A DNA stretch of 21,980 bases from a virus (Duplodnaviria; Heunggongvirae; Uroviricota; Caudoviricetes): IMG/VR virus record IMGVR_UViG_2700989365_000011; one strand, 5' to 3'. This document shows, piece after piece, positions 8,127 through 15,973 of this stretch. The position numbers and the translations under genes are program-made. How positions within the stretch are numbered: the stretch's first letter is position 1; each line of letters starts with the position of its first letter. The notes under the pieces were generated by a model. The model had not been told where the DNA came from, did not search any database, and saw only the letters and a list, made by a program, of their open reading frames with translations.

Positions 8127-8416
8127 TGTTACCCGTTTTATGGCTACCATCTGCTCGTGATGATTTGCGCCAGATCGTAGCCTACATAGCTAAAGAAAAT
8201 CCCGCGGCAGCACGCAGAATGAAAATTCGAATTGAAACATCCGTTTTGCCGCTCACAGAGCATCCTTACCTGTATCCTCCAAGCGAGCGAGTTCTTGGTC
8301 TTCGTGAAATTGTAACTCATCCTAACTACATCATCCTTTACCGAGTAACAGCATCAAGCATAGAAGTAGTAAATATTGTGCATTCTCGAAGACAGTATCC
8401 AGGCAAAAACAGTTAA
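8126..8416 (+). CDS. parE: RelE/ParE-family type II toxin
   Basis: 96 aa with the characteristic C-terminal pattern ...IILYRV...IEVVNIVHSRRQ. Translationally coupled to the upstream antitoxin. Confidence 0.8.
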   Translation: MLPVLWLPSARDDLRQIVAYIAKENPAAARRMKIRIETSVLPLTEHPYLYPPSERVLGLREIVTHPNYIILYRVTASSIEVVNIVHSRRQYPGKNS

Positions 8417-8434
8417 TTATTCCCGCCGACAGAA

Positions 8435-8455
8435 CCACCTTAGGGTGGTTTTTTC
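8435..8455 (+). terminator. Rho-independent terminator after the toxin gene
   Basis: CCACC-TTAG-GGTGG hairpin followed by a T tract. Confidence 0.7.
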
Positions 8456-8472
8456 TTGCCCCAACAAAAAAC

Positions 8473-8515
8473 AATAGCGATGCTATTTACATCAAAAAAA
8501 AATAATGATGCTATT
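8473..8515. promoter_or_regulatory. OL-like operator pair upstream of the ydaF-like operon
   Basis: AATAGCGATGCTATT (8473-8487) and AATAATGATGCTATT (8501-8515), the same 15-bp motif family as the sites at 7337-7376. Confidence 0.45.
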
Positions 8516-8696
8516 GTTTCAGGCGTCAACCCACCCCGCCCCACAGAATGCAGGGCAATACTTCGAGTTACCAGACAGTGGTCAGGGGTTAAGTAGCCAG
8601 CCCGAGGCGTAAGAACATGACGGCAGGGTTCAATCTTTAACTATGCAGCAGGTTTTTTGTTCCGCCACCCCGGCGTTAAGGGGAAATGAGGTCAGC

Positions 8697-8849
8697 ATGG
8701 ATACTATCGATCTTGGCAACAACGAATCTCTGGTGTGCGGCGTGTTCCCTAACCAGGATGGAACGTTTACCGCCATGACGTATACCAAAAGCAAAACGTT
8801 TAAAACCGAATCTGGCGCGCGTTGCTGGTTAGCCAGAAACACTGACTGA
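8697..8849 (+). CDS. YdaF-like small protein (homolog of Rac ydaF at 14670-14825)
   Basis: 50 aa (MDTIDLGNNESLVCGVFPNQDGTFTAMTYTKSKTF...), about 85% identical to the Rac-copy YdaF. GAGG Shine-Dalgarno upstream. Confidence 0.7.
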   Translation: MDTIDLGNNESLVCGVFPNQDGTFTAMTYTKSKTFKTESGARCWLARNTD

Positions 8850-8860
8850 TGAGGCTGACG

Positions 8861-9226
8861 ATGGAATTTAAAGATTTACCGTCTGATGTACAGAAAACAG
8901 CAGCTCATACATTGCATTCTGTGCTGCGAGAAATCGGGAAAGATATTGCAAGCGAGCCAGCAAAAGATCTGGCCCGGAAAATCAAGACCGCTTTCGTTGA
9001 GCTTTATAATGTTGGCACTGACTCTGAAACTGTCGAGACCAAGACCGTAAGTTCACCAATATTCTCACTTGAGCCAAGCGTATTATCAGGTGAAATATGC
9101 ACCGAGATTTCCAGCGAACTGCTTCCGGTAATACGAGAAGCAATTCGCCGTCGCGGTTTGGATGGAAGTTATGATCATGACGTTCTGCAAGTTCTCAGGA
9201 CAATGGTGACTTCACTGGGGATTTGA
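8861..9226 (+). CDS. Unknown acidic, helix-rich 121-aa protein in the pL-like operon
   Basis: ORF from the ATG at 8861 with GAGG 6 nt upstream; the alternative ATG at 8849 overlaps the ydaF-like stop (TGATG). No counterpart in the Rac copy, and no family recognised by eye. Confidence 0.5.
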   Translation: MEFKDLPSDVQKTAAHTLHSVLREIGKDIASEPAKDLARKIKTAFVELYNVGTDSETVETKTVSSPIFSLEPSVLSGEICTEISSELLPVIREAIRRRGLDGSYDHDVLQVLRTMVTSLGI

Positions 9227-9373
9227 TCCCTGCGTCCTCTAAGCTTTTGATATAGCGGTCCTCCAAGAAGCGGTAAATTTTGTCGAAATCATCTTTTCCC
9301 TCTGGTTTATTCAGAGGATTACAGGACCCGTAAGTAGCGGCATACATTTCAACCGTTTGGTAATGACTCCAAC

Positions 9374-9877
9374 TTATTGATAGTGTTTTATGTTCAGATA
9401 ATGCCCGATGACTTTGTCATGCAGCTCCACCGATTTTGAGAACGACAGCGACTTCCGTCCCAGCCGTGCCAGGTGCTGCCTCAGATTCAGGTTATGCCGC
9501 TCAATTCGCTGCGTATATCGCTTGCTGATTACGTGCAGCTTTCCCTTCAGGCGGGATTCATACAGCGGCCAGCCATCCGTCATCCATATCACCACGTCAA
9601 AGGGTGACAGCAGGCTCATAAGACGCCCCAGCGTCGCCATAGTGCGTTCACCGAATACGTGCGCAACAACCGTCTTCCGGAGACTGTCATACGCGTAAAA
9701 CAGCCAGCGCTGGCGCGATTTAGCCCCGACATAGCCCCACTGTTCGTCCATTTCCGCGCAGACGATGACGTCACTGCCCGGCTGTATGCGCGAGGTTACC
9801 GACTGCGGCCTGAGTTTTTTAAGTGACGTAAAATCGTGTTGAGGCCAACGCCCATAATGCGTGCAGTTGCCCGGCAT
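9374..9877 (-). CDS. insB: IS1 InsB (transposase frame; InsAB' is made by frameshifting)
   Basis: 167-aa ORF overlapping the 3' end of insA in a different frame. Confidence 0.9.
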
Positions 9878-10071
9878 CCAACGCCATTCATGGCCATATC
9901 AATGATTTTCTGGTGCGTACCGGGTTGAGAAGCGGTGTAAGTGAACTGCAGTTGCCATGTTTTACGGCAGTGAGAGCAGAGATAGCGCTGATGTCCGGCA
10001 GTGCTTTTGCCGTTACGCACCACCCCGTCAGTAGCTGAACAGGAGGGACAGCTGATAGAAACAGAAGCCAC
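9796..10071 (-). CDS. insA: IS1 InsA
   Basis: 91 aa, [40 protein letters not shown]... Confidence 0.95.
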
Positions 10072-10126
10072 TGGAGCACCTCAAAAACACCATCATACAC
10101 TAAATCAGTAAGTTGGCAGCATCACC

Positions 10127-10137
10127 NNNNNNNNNNN
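10127..10137. other. Assembly gap (run of 11 N)
   Basis: N run directly abutting the IS1 terminus, the usual signature of a contig break at a repeat. Confidence 0.95.
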
Positions 10138-10222
10138 CAAAGCGGACAACCACGCTAGCTCTCCCCTGTGCCAGAAAAATGTCAATTTACATATGAACTA
10201 ATGCTCTTTGATCTAGTAACGT

Positions 10223-10639
10223 CTATAAATACCGAAGATTTCCTTGATAAAATGCCAGTACACGTTTCATAACTTCACTCTTCCGGCACTCGCGACAGAT
10301 TATGTTCTGACGCCTGTCATAGCGGCGTATTTCTCCGTCTGGTAATGACCAGATAAGGTCAGGATCAACCACAACCGTTTTTTTCACCTTTGCCCTGGAT
10401 AGTTTTTTGCGGGCGTTTTTCCAATCCTTACGAGCCTGTTCAGACGGGAATAACCCATAGCCAGAGTTGTATACATCGCCACTGGCAACCAACTCTCTGG
10501 CAAGAATGCTCATCAGATATCTTGTCGCACCTGTCTTGGCCTCCAGTTGCCTTAACGTCTCGCGCCCACTCTGGCGTACCAACTCAACAACCTGCTCCTT
10601 AATTTTTTCACGCTCTTCCTGTGTAAAAACTTTTGCCAT
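10223..10639 (-). CDS. Conserved lambdoid prophage protein, paralog of 3541-3963
   Basis: 138 aa from the ATG at 10639, GGAGG Shine-Dalgarno upstream. The C-terminus differs from the left-prophage copy. Confidence 0.6.
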   Translation of the reverse strand: MAKVFTQEEREKIKEQVVELVRQSGRETLRQLEAKTGATRYLMSILARELVASGDVYNSGYGLFPSEQARKDWKNARKKLSRAKVKKTVVVDPDLIWSLPDGEIRRYDRRQNIICRECRKSEVMKRVLAFYQGNLRYL

Positions 10640-10654
10640 AAGCGCCTCCGGCAA

Positions 10655-11416
10655 TCACTTTTCCGACACAATACGACTGGAGGAATCGACAATCTGTCGG
10701 ACAATATCCCGGTGCTTGTTCAGCTCCCGCAGCGCGGCGCAGACTCGCTCCCACTTCTGGACATGATTTTTCGCCCGACGCAGTTCGCGGTTTGCCATAT
10801 GCAGCGATGGTAAAACTAGGTCATCCGCTTGCGTTTCAGTAAACGATGGCAGCGACTGCACAATGTCCGCCACAGTTTCTGTTTTAATATCTTCCTGTGT
10901 TGCCGCTTCCTGTACTGGTAACGCAACACCGGCTGGCTGAGGAAAGGCTTTACCATCAGTTTCCGCTACCGATGCAGCTTTCGGCTCTGCTGGTAAATTA
11001 TCGCCCGGCATGCAGTAACGAAATTTACTGTTCTGGTTTACGCGAATCAGGCGTCCTTTGCTGATTGCCATTGCCAGCGTTGAAGCAACTTTGCGGGATG
11101 TTGTACCGAACAGCGTAGCCAGTTCATCCGCCGTTTGTGGTCCGCGTTGTTCAATCGTCGCGGTTAAATCGCACTCTGAGATTTTCACTACAGTTGCCGT
11201 GGTGGTTTCTTCCGGCAGTTCTGCCTGCATTGGCTGTTCCTGCTGAACGTTGTTATCAGCCACACGCCAGGTGTACGCGCTTTTATCAACGAAACCAGCT
11301 TTTTTCAGTTCCCATAGTTCGTTCAGCACTTCTTCACGACTGATATCAAGTCGCGCAGCAAGTTCTATGGATGTGGCTTTTCCCATTGCTTTCAGTGCGT
11401 CAAAAACAGTCTCCAT
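10655..11416 (-). CDS. Prophage protein with winged-helix-like N-terminus, paralog of 3979-4704 (ydaW position of Rac)
   Basis: 253 aa from the ATG at 11416 ([13 protein letters not shown]...), GGAGG Shine-Dalgarno upstream. Confidence 0.6.
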   Translation of the reverse strand: METVFDALKAMGKATSIELAARLDISREEVLNELWELKKAGFVDKSAYTWRVADNNVQQEQPMQAELPEETTTATVVKISECDLTATIEQRGPQTADELATLFGTTSRKVASTLAMAISKGRLIRVNQNSKFRYCMPGDNLPAEPKAASVAETDGKAFPQPAGVALPVQEAATQEDIKTETVADIVQSLPSFTETQADDLVLPSLHMANRELRRAKNHVQKWERVCAALRELNKHRDIVRQIVDSSSRIVSEK

Positions 11417-11438
11417 AAAAATTTCCTCCCGGTAAAAA

Positions 11439-12185
11439 TTACTTCTCAATTCCTGGCTGGACGACATTCGGACGCCAGCTCTCCCAGTTAAAATTCACCC
11501 ATCGCCCGCCGTTCATGGTCATGCGATCCATAATCCGCTCGCCGAGCAATGTTTTCATGGCCTCATAGTTCAGGTTTGTCAGCATCCCCACGCTGCGCAT
11601 CGACGCTGTCCGGCGATCAACAATCTGGTGCAGCACCACCTGCTCGTTTTTCGTCTCGCGCTGAATGCCAATTTCATCAAGAACCAGCAGATCCACTTCG
11701 CATAGTTCCCGCAAAAATTTTTCGCCTGACTGCCCATCGTCATAGCTGGCGTGCAGGGCACTCATAACATCAGCCACGGTAACCACAATCACTGTCTGAC
11801 CGTCTTTCAGCAGGCGATTCCCGATAGCTGCCGCTAAGTGATTCTTCCCGGTACCAGGTTTTCCGCTGAACGCAAAATTTGTACACCCGGTCATCAGTTC
11901 ATCAGCGATGGATTTCGCCTGACTCAACGCGTATCGCTGCGCTTCGTTCTGCACCTGGTAATTCGAAAACGAGCATTTGCGGTGCAATGGCTGGATGCCA
12001 GAGCGATTCAGAATTTTTTCCACCCGCAACTGACGATTCTGACGGTTGATCTCCTCACAACGTTTCTGGCCTTCGGAAAGTTGCCACTCGCGCCACTCCG
12101 CTACCGTCTTGAATGGCGCGGTTACATGTGACGGGGCCAGTCTGCGGATACGTTCAAGAACGTCGCCTGTCGCAATATTTTTCAT
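11439..12185 (-). CDS. ydaV: DnaC-like AAA+ helicase loader
   Basis: 248 aa with Walker A ([10 protein letters not shown]) and Walker B (LLVLDEIG). Symbol assigned from position and length in a Rac-type gene order. Confidence 0.75.
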   Translation of the reverse strand: MKNIATGDVLERIRRLAPSHVTAPFKTVAEWREWQLSEGQKRCEEINRQNRQLRVEKILNRSGIQPLHRKCSFSNYQVQNEAQRYALSQAKSIADELMTGCTNFAFSGKPGTGKNHLAAAIGNRLLKDGQTVIVVTVADVMSALHASYDDGQSGEKFLRELCEVDLLVLDEIGIQRETKNEQVVLHQIVDRRTASMRSVGMLTNLNYEAMKTLLGERIMDRMTMNGGRWVNFNWESWRPNVVQPGIEK

Positions 12186-12191
12186 GGTCAG

Positions 12192-13049
12192 TTACCCCCT
12201 GAAGCCTGGCGGGATCGCACTATCCGGTAACGAGACGGTGTTAACCTGTCGGAGTAACGTCTCAGGTCGAACACCTTTCGGCGCGAACAAGCCCTGGTAT
12301 TCATTGGCGATGCTGTGTCGAATCACCTGCTCAGGTGTAAAACCCTGCTGACGGAATTTTTCCAGTTCCCGTATCGCCCCGTTAGCGCCCTGCTCCGTTC
12401 GAATCGGTTTTCGCAATGCCTGGCGAAATTCAACCCACTCACGCCAAAGCGAGACAGAAATCCAGTTCGGCAAAGCAATATCCAGAGGGTCAAACTTTTT
12501 GACACCTCGATTCCCCCGGGGGGGATTTAGGGGGGGATCTGTTTTTAGATCTTTATCTGTATCTTTATTAGTTGCCTTTGTGTTGACATCATGTTCAAAC
12601 ACCACTTCAACATCTGTTTGAACACCTGTTAAATTTCTCTCTTGTTTTGTTTGAACATCTGCTTCCTTTCTGCTTCTTCTGGCCTGAACAGATGCTTTTC
12701 CTGCGGCTGATTTTTTGGTTAATTTTTCCCTGACTGATGCCAGATCTTCCTCAATCCGAAGATGCACCCATTCCTCGCCGTTATCGCAAAAAAACTCCTG
12801 CAAGGATGGTTCAACATCAGCCCATCGCTCGTTAGTCAGACGGGCAATTTTTGCCAGCCTGTTTTTAGGTATTGGCTTTCCTGTTTGCCAGTAATTGAAC
12901 ATCAGCAACAAATACGCACCATGCTCCTCTGCTGACAAATGCATGGTGTCAGCCAGGTAATCAGCTATGTACAGTTGCATGTATGGTAATGCGGCCATAA
13001 TTGCCCCGTATGATGCTGCCCGGTGGCTTAGAATAAGCACAAACAGCAT
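12192..13049 (-). CDS. ydaU: Replication initiator, O-like (DUF1376-type N-terminus)
   Basis: 285 aa, MAALPYMQLYIADYLADTMHLSAEEHGAYLLLMFNYWQTGK... Internal iterons present. Symbol assigned from position and length. Confidence 0.7.
   Translation of the reverse strand: MLFVLILSHRAASYGAIMAALPYMQLYIADYLADTMHLSAEEHGAYLLLMFNYWQTGKPIPKNRLAKIARLTNERWADVEPSLQEFFCDNGEEWVHLRIEEDLASVREKLTKKSAAGKASVQARRSRKEADVQTKQERNLTGVQTDVEVVFEHDVNTKATNKDTDKDLKTDPPLNPPRGNRGVKKFDPLDIALPNWISVSLWREWVEFRQALRKPIRTEQGANGAIRELEKFRQQGFTPEQVIRHSIANEYQGLFAPKGVRPETLLRQVNTVSLPDSAIPPGFRG
12513..12657. repeat. Iteron-like repeats inside ydaU (putative Rac origin)
   Basis: CCCCCGGGGGGG G-tract pair (12513-12537), a CTTTATCTGTATCTTTAT block like that of the left prophage, and three copies of a 10-mer in alternating orientation: TGTTCAAACA (12592-12601), TGTTTGAACA (12615-12624, 12648-12657). 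Confidence 0.45.
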
Positions 13050-13061
13050 GGAAACTTTTGC

Positions 13062-13484
13062 TTAATGAACAATGACAGAATCGTCGGAAGACCCGCCGCC
13101 GCTGAAATGCGCTTTCCGGTAAACGGCTTGGACTGCATCATCATGCGCATCAATTGCCGTACTTAACGCTTCCTGCGCCGCCAGTAATGCACGGCGTTCC
13201 AGGGTATCGAAGATGCAGAGTCGGTGACGCAGCTCGCGCGGAAGGATTGCCAGAATTGCTGGGATCAGCTTCTGAATTTTTTCTCTTTGCGTTTTCGTTT
13301 CACCTTTCAACCAACGGTGATAGATATTCTGCTGATTATTCCAGTCCTTGCCTGGTACCAGGGGCAATTCGCCGCCCCCCTGGCGCAGATATTCTTCAGT
13401 AATGGCATTGGCTACCCATGCCTGCCCTTTTTCGGCTGCCAGGGCTAACAACACTGACTCGATGTGCTCATGCTTGATTTTCAT
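13062..13484 (-). CDS. ydaT: YdaT-like protein
   Basis: 140 aa starting MKIKHEHI...; ATGA overlap with the upstream gene. Symbol assigned by synteny. Confidence 0.65.
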   Translation of the reverse strand: MKIKHEHIESVLLALAAEKGQAWVANAITEEYLRQGGGELPLVPGKDWNNQQNIYHRWLKGETKTQREKIQKLIPAILAILPRELRHRLCIFDTLERRALLAAQEALSTAIDAHDDAVQAVYRKAHFSGGGSSDDSVIVH

Positions 13485-13735
13485 GAATCAACTCCCATCA
13501 GCTTTTTCGTAGTAGTTTTATTTCTGCCAATAGTTAAAATTACATCAGCAGAAAATAATCCGTTTGATGCATGAGCGATTTTTTCAGCGTAATTTGTTTC
13601 GCCGGTATATTCTGTGCGAGGCAATTTTCCGTTATCCATCCATTTGTAGATTGCTCTTTGGCTGACACCACAAACGTCGGCCACAACAGAAACGCGAACA
13701 GTTTTGATTACATCTTCAAGTGTTTTCTGGTTCAT
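13481..13735 (-). CDS. ydaS: Cro/YdaS-like regulator
   Basis: 84 aa from the ATG at 13735 (MNQKTLEDV...). The longer listed ORF begins at 13807 and would overlap racR. Symbol assigned by synteny; start uncertain. Confidence 0.55.
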   Translation of the reverse strand: MNQKTLEDVIKTVRVSVVADVCGVSQRAIYKWMDNGKLPRTEYTGETNYAEKIAHASNGLFSADVILTIGRNKTTTKKLMGVDS

Positions 13736-13759
13736 ATCACCCTCACAATGTGAACTTTG

Positions 13760-13790
13760 AGTACATGCTATAACAGAACTGACAGTACAT
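13760..13790. promoter_or_regulatory. Candidate RacR operator half-sites in the ydaS-racR intergenic region
   Basis: AGTACAT at 13760-13766 and 13784-13790 (24-bp spacing); the same heptamer recurs downstream of racR. Confidence 0.35.
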
Positions 13791-13796
13791 TCAAGA

Positions 13797-14234
13797 GTGA
13801 ATATCATTGAACTTATGGTTCATGAAGATAAAGCGCGTAAAGAGTTCGCCAGTAGGCTTGCGCTAGCCTGTGAAAACGCTGGTTATGAACAACATGGAAG
13901 GCAGGCAGAAATTGCCCGTCGAATGAAATTAACACCAAAAGCGGTTAGCAAATGGTTTAATGGCGAAACAATTCCTCGCCGAGAGAAATTAAGGGAATTA
14001 GCAACACTCATTGGAACAACACCAACCTATCTTTTGGGAGAGGATACAGAAGAAAGTGGACAGGTACGTTTCTATCAGGAGTTAAATCCAAGACAAAAAA
14101 TCATCATTGACCTTCTGGACGAGCTCCCTGACAGTGAGACAGATGAACTTTTAAAAACTCTTGAGGAGAAAAAACAGAAGTACAATGCAATTTACGAAGA
14201 GCTAGCACGAAAGAAAAAACAAAAAGCCTCTTAA
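13797..14234 (+). CDS. racR: XRE-family HTH repressor (Rac repressor position)
   Basis: 145 aa from the GTG at 13797, or 139 aa from the ATG at 13815. HTH region GRQAEIARRMKLTPKAVSKWFNG. No S24 peptidase domain. Symbol assigned by synteny with ydaG/ydaF/sieB. Confidence 0.65.
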   Translation: MNIIELMVHEDKARKEFASRLALACENAGYEQHGRQAEIARRMKLTPKAVSKWFNGETIPRREKLRELATLIGTTPTYLLGEDTEESGQVRFYQELNPRQKIIIDLLDELPDSETDELLKTLEEKKQKYNAIYEELARKKKQKAS

Positions 14235-14309
14235 ACCAGCATAAATCCGGTAGCGTCCCCCTCCGGGTTTGTGCTTCACTTTATCCCATCTCATTTTTTT
14301 ACACACAAA

Positions 14310-14350
14310 ATGTACTTATAGTACTTTACATCAATGAACACAAAGTACAT
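14310..14350. promoter_or_regulatory. Candidate operator cluster downstream of racR, upstream of the ydaG leader
   Basis: ATGTACT (14310-14316, inverted), AGTACTT (14320-14326) and AGTACAT (14344-14350). Confidence 0.35.
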
Positions 14351-14524
14351 TATATACCTACCAACCCACCCCGCCCCACAGAACGCAGGGCAATACTTCG
14401 AGTTACCAGGCAGTGGTCAGGGGTTAAGTAGCCAGCCCGAGGCGTATGAACATGACGGCAGGGTTCAGATTTTGCAGTGCAGCAGGTTTCAGTTCCGCCA
14501 CCCGGCGTTAAGGGGAGAGATAAG

Positions 14525-14659
14525 ATGGTGCATTACGAAGTAGTTCAGTATTTGATGGATTGTTGCGGTATCACTTACAACCAGGCTGTGCAGGCTTTAC
14601 GCAGCAACGACTGGGATCTCTGGCAGGCAGAAGTCGCTATACACAGCAACAAGATGTGA
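14525..14659 (+). CDS. ydaG: Rac prophage small protein YdaG
   Basis: 44 aa, MVHYEVVQYLMDCCGITYNQAVQALRSNDWDLWQAEVAIHSNKM. Confidence 0.75.
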   Translation: MVHYEVVQYLMDCCGITYNQAVQALRSNDWDLWQAEVAIHSNKM

Positions 14660-14669
14660 GATTCGCAAA

Positions 14670-14825
14670 ATGCAAAAAATCGACCTCGGCAACAACGAAT
14701 CCCTGGTGTGCGGCGTGTTCCCCAACCAGGATGGAACGTTCACTGCCATGACGTATACCAAAAGCAAAACATTTAAAACCGAAACTGGTGCGCGCCGATG
14801 GTTGGAGAAGCACACAGTAAGCTAA
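14670..14825 (+). CDS. ydaF: Rac prophage small protein YdaF
   Basis: 51 aa, MQKIDLGNNESLVCGVFPNQDGTFTAMTYTKSKTFKTETGARRWLEKHTVS. Convergent 4-nt overlap with sieB. Confidence 0.75.
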   Translation: MQKIDLGNNESLVCGVFPNQDGTFTAMTYTKSKTFKTETGARRWLEKHTVS

Positions 14826-15310
14826 CGATTAAAACGTCTACTCCTGCTGTTCCAGAATAACTTCATAAAATGGGAGTATTTTTCGGTGACGAGATAATAA
14901 GAACAGTTTGCGCTATCACTCTGATGTTGAATGATGCCCTTCCGTTCTAATTTTTTCATAACCGGGTTACGGCAAGGAGAAGTGATAATAAGATTTCCTG
15001 TTTTAAGGAAATCTTTAAATACAGCGATTTCTTTCTCAGATAAACGAAGCAATACTCGTTGCTCTGGTAGTAATGAATAATGCTTTTGAATATGTGCTCG
15101 CAATCTTGAGAAGGAAATGGCGACCACGAAAGAAAAGGCAAAAACGATAATCTGAAAGAGCCAAGGTATTTCAGTATAAGCATTGAATGCGACAGTAAAC
15201 TCTTTCGGTATCAGCCAGAGAGTGAGACCAAAAATGATAATCGTATACATAAGTATTTCGAGTGGCTCGTTAGCAAAAAGTTTCAACAATGGAGTAAATA
15301 CATCCAACAT
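14822..15310 (-). CDS. sieB: Superinfection exclusion protein B
   Basis: 162 aa from the ATG at 15310 (MLDVFTPLLKLFANEPLEILMYTIIIFGLTLWLIPK...), with hydrophobic membrane segments. Confidence 0.85.
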   Translation of the reverse strand: MLDVFTPLLKLFANEPLEILMYTIIIFGLTLWLIPKEFTVAFNAYTEIPWLFQIIVFAFSFVVAISFSRLRAHIQKHYSLLPEQRVLLRLSEKEIAVFKDFLKTGNLIITSPCRNPVMKKLERKGIIQHQSDSANCSYYLVTEKYSHFMKLFWNSRSRRFNR

Positions 15311-15751
15311 ATCAATAACTCTCAACTGTAAGGGTATTGAAATGTTAACACAAGCTCTCGCTGTAGGGGTATAGCCGAGACCACCGAAGCCCGGAGGTGG
15401 TGAAATAAAACCGGGCACAACACGAAGGCGCATTTCCGATATCCATAAAGAGTCGGTCTTGTCTGTTAAATTTAAATGGTGGGAGTGCGCCTCCGGTTGT
15501 AAATAACGACATTGCTGTGTGTAGTCCTGGCGGCATCAGTTTTTTTCTTGAAGTTCGGCTGATGTCCGCCCTTTTTAAAGTGAATTTTGTGATGCGGTGA
15601 ATGCGGCTAAGCGCACGTGGCACAGTTAAAAGTCATGTTAGTCCTTATTGGTTTGGGTGGGAAAGCCGACTGTAATTGTTAACTGGTTGCAGTCACCTGG
15701 AGGCACCAGGCACCGCATCAACAAAGTTCATTTGTAAAAATGGAGATAATT

Positions 15752-15973
15752 ATGATTGCACATCACTTCGGAACTGATGAAATACCACGTCAGTGTGTGA
15801 CTCCTGGCGATTATGTTCTTCATGAAGGCCGGACATATATTGCCTCGGCAAACAATATTAAAAAGCGAAAACTATATATTCGTAACCTGACCACAAAAAC
15901 ATGCATTACTGACCGCATGATTAAAGTCTTCCTCGGTCGTGATGGTTTACCTGTAAAGGCGGAGTCATGGTGA
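15752..15973 (+). CDS. kilR: Rac prophage killing protein KilR
   Basis: 73 aa, [46 protein letters not shown]...; GGAG Shine-Dalgarno upstream. Confidence 0.85.
   Translation: MIAHHFGTDEIPRQCVTPGDYVLHEGRTYIASANNIKKRKLYIRNLTTKTCITDRMIKVFLGRDGLPVKAESW

Larger units (their letters stand above)
9359..10126 (-). mobile_element. IS1 insertion sequence, complete 768 bp
   Basis: Terminal inverted repeats GGTAATGACTCCAACTTATTGATAGTG (9359-) and the reverse complement of GGTGATGCTGCCAACTTACTGAT (ending 10126). Encodes insA and insB. Confidence 0.95.

Noticed and set aside
8630-8842. 70-aa and 72-aa minus-strand ORFs antisense to ydaF-like and ydaF (also 14597-14815)
   Set aside because: Their apparent conservation is a by-product of the conserved sense-strand ydaF coding sequence.
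14334-14543. 69-aa plus-strand ORF overlapping the conserved leader upstream of ydaG
   Set aside because: The frame is not conserved in the otherwise near-identical left-prophage copy (stop codons present), so the conservation is non-coding.
15345-15623. 92-aa minus-strand ORF upstream of sieB
   Set aside because: Overlaps the sieB 5' end and the sieB-kilR regulatory region; no ribosome-binding site and junk-like composition.
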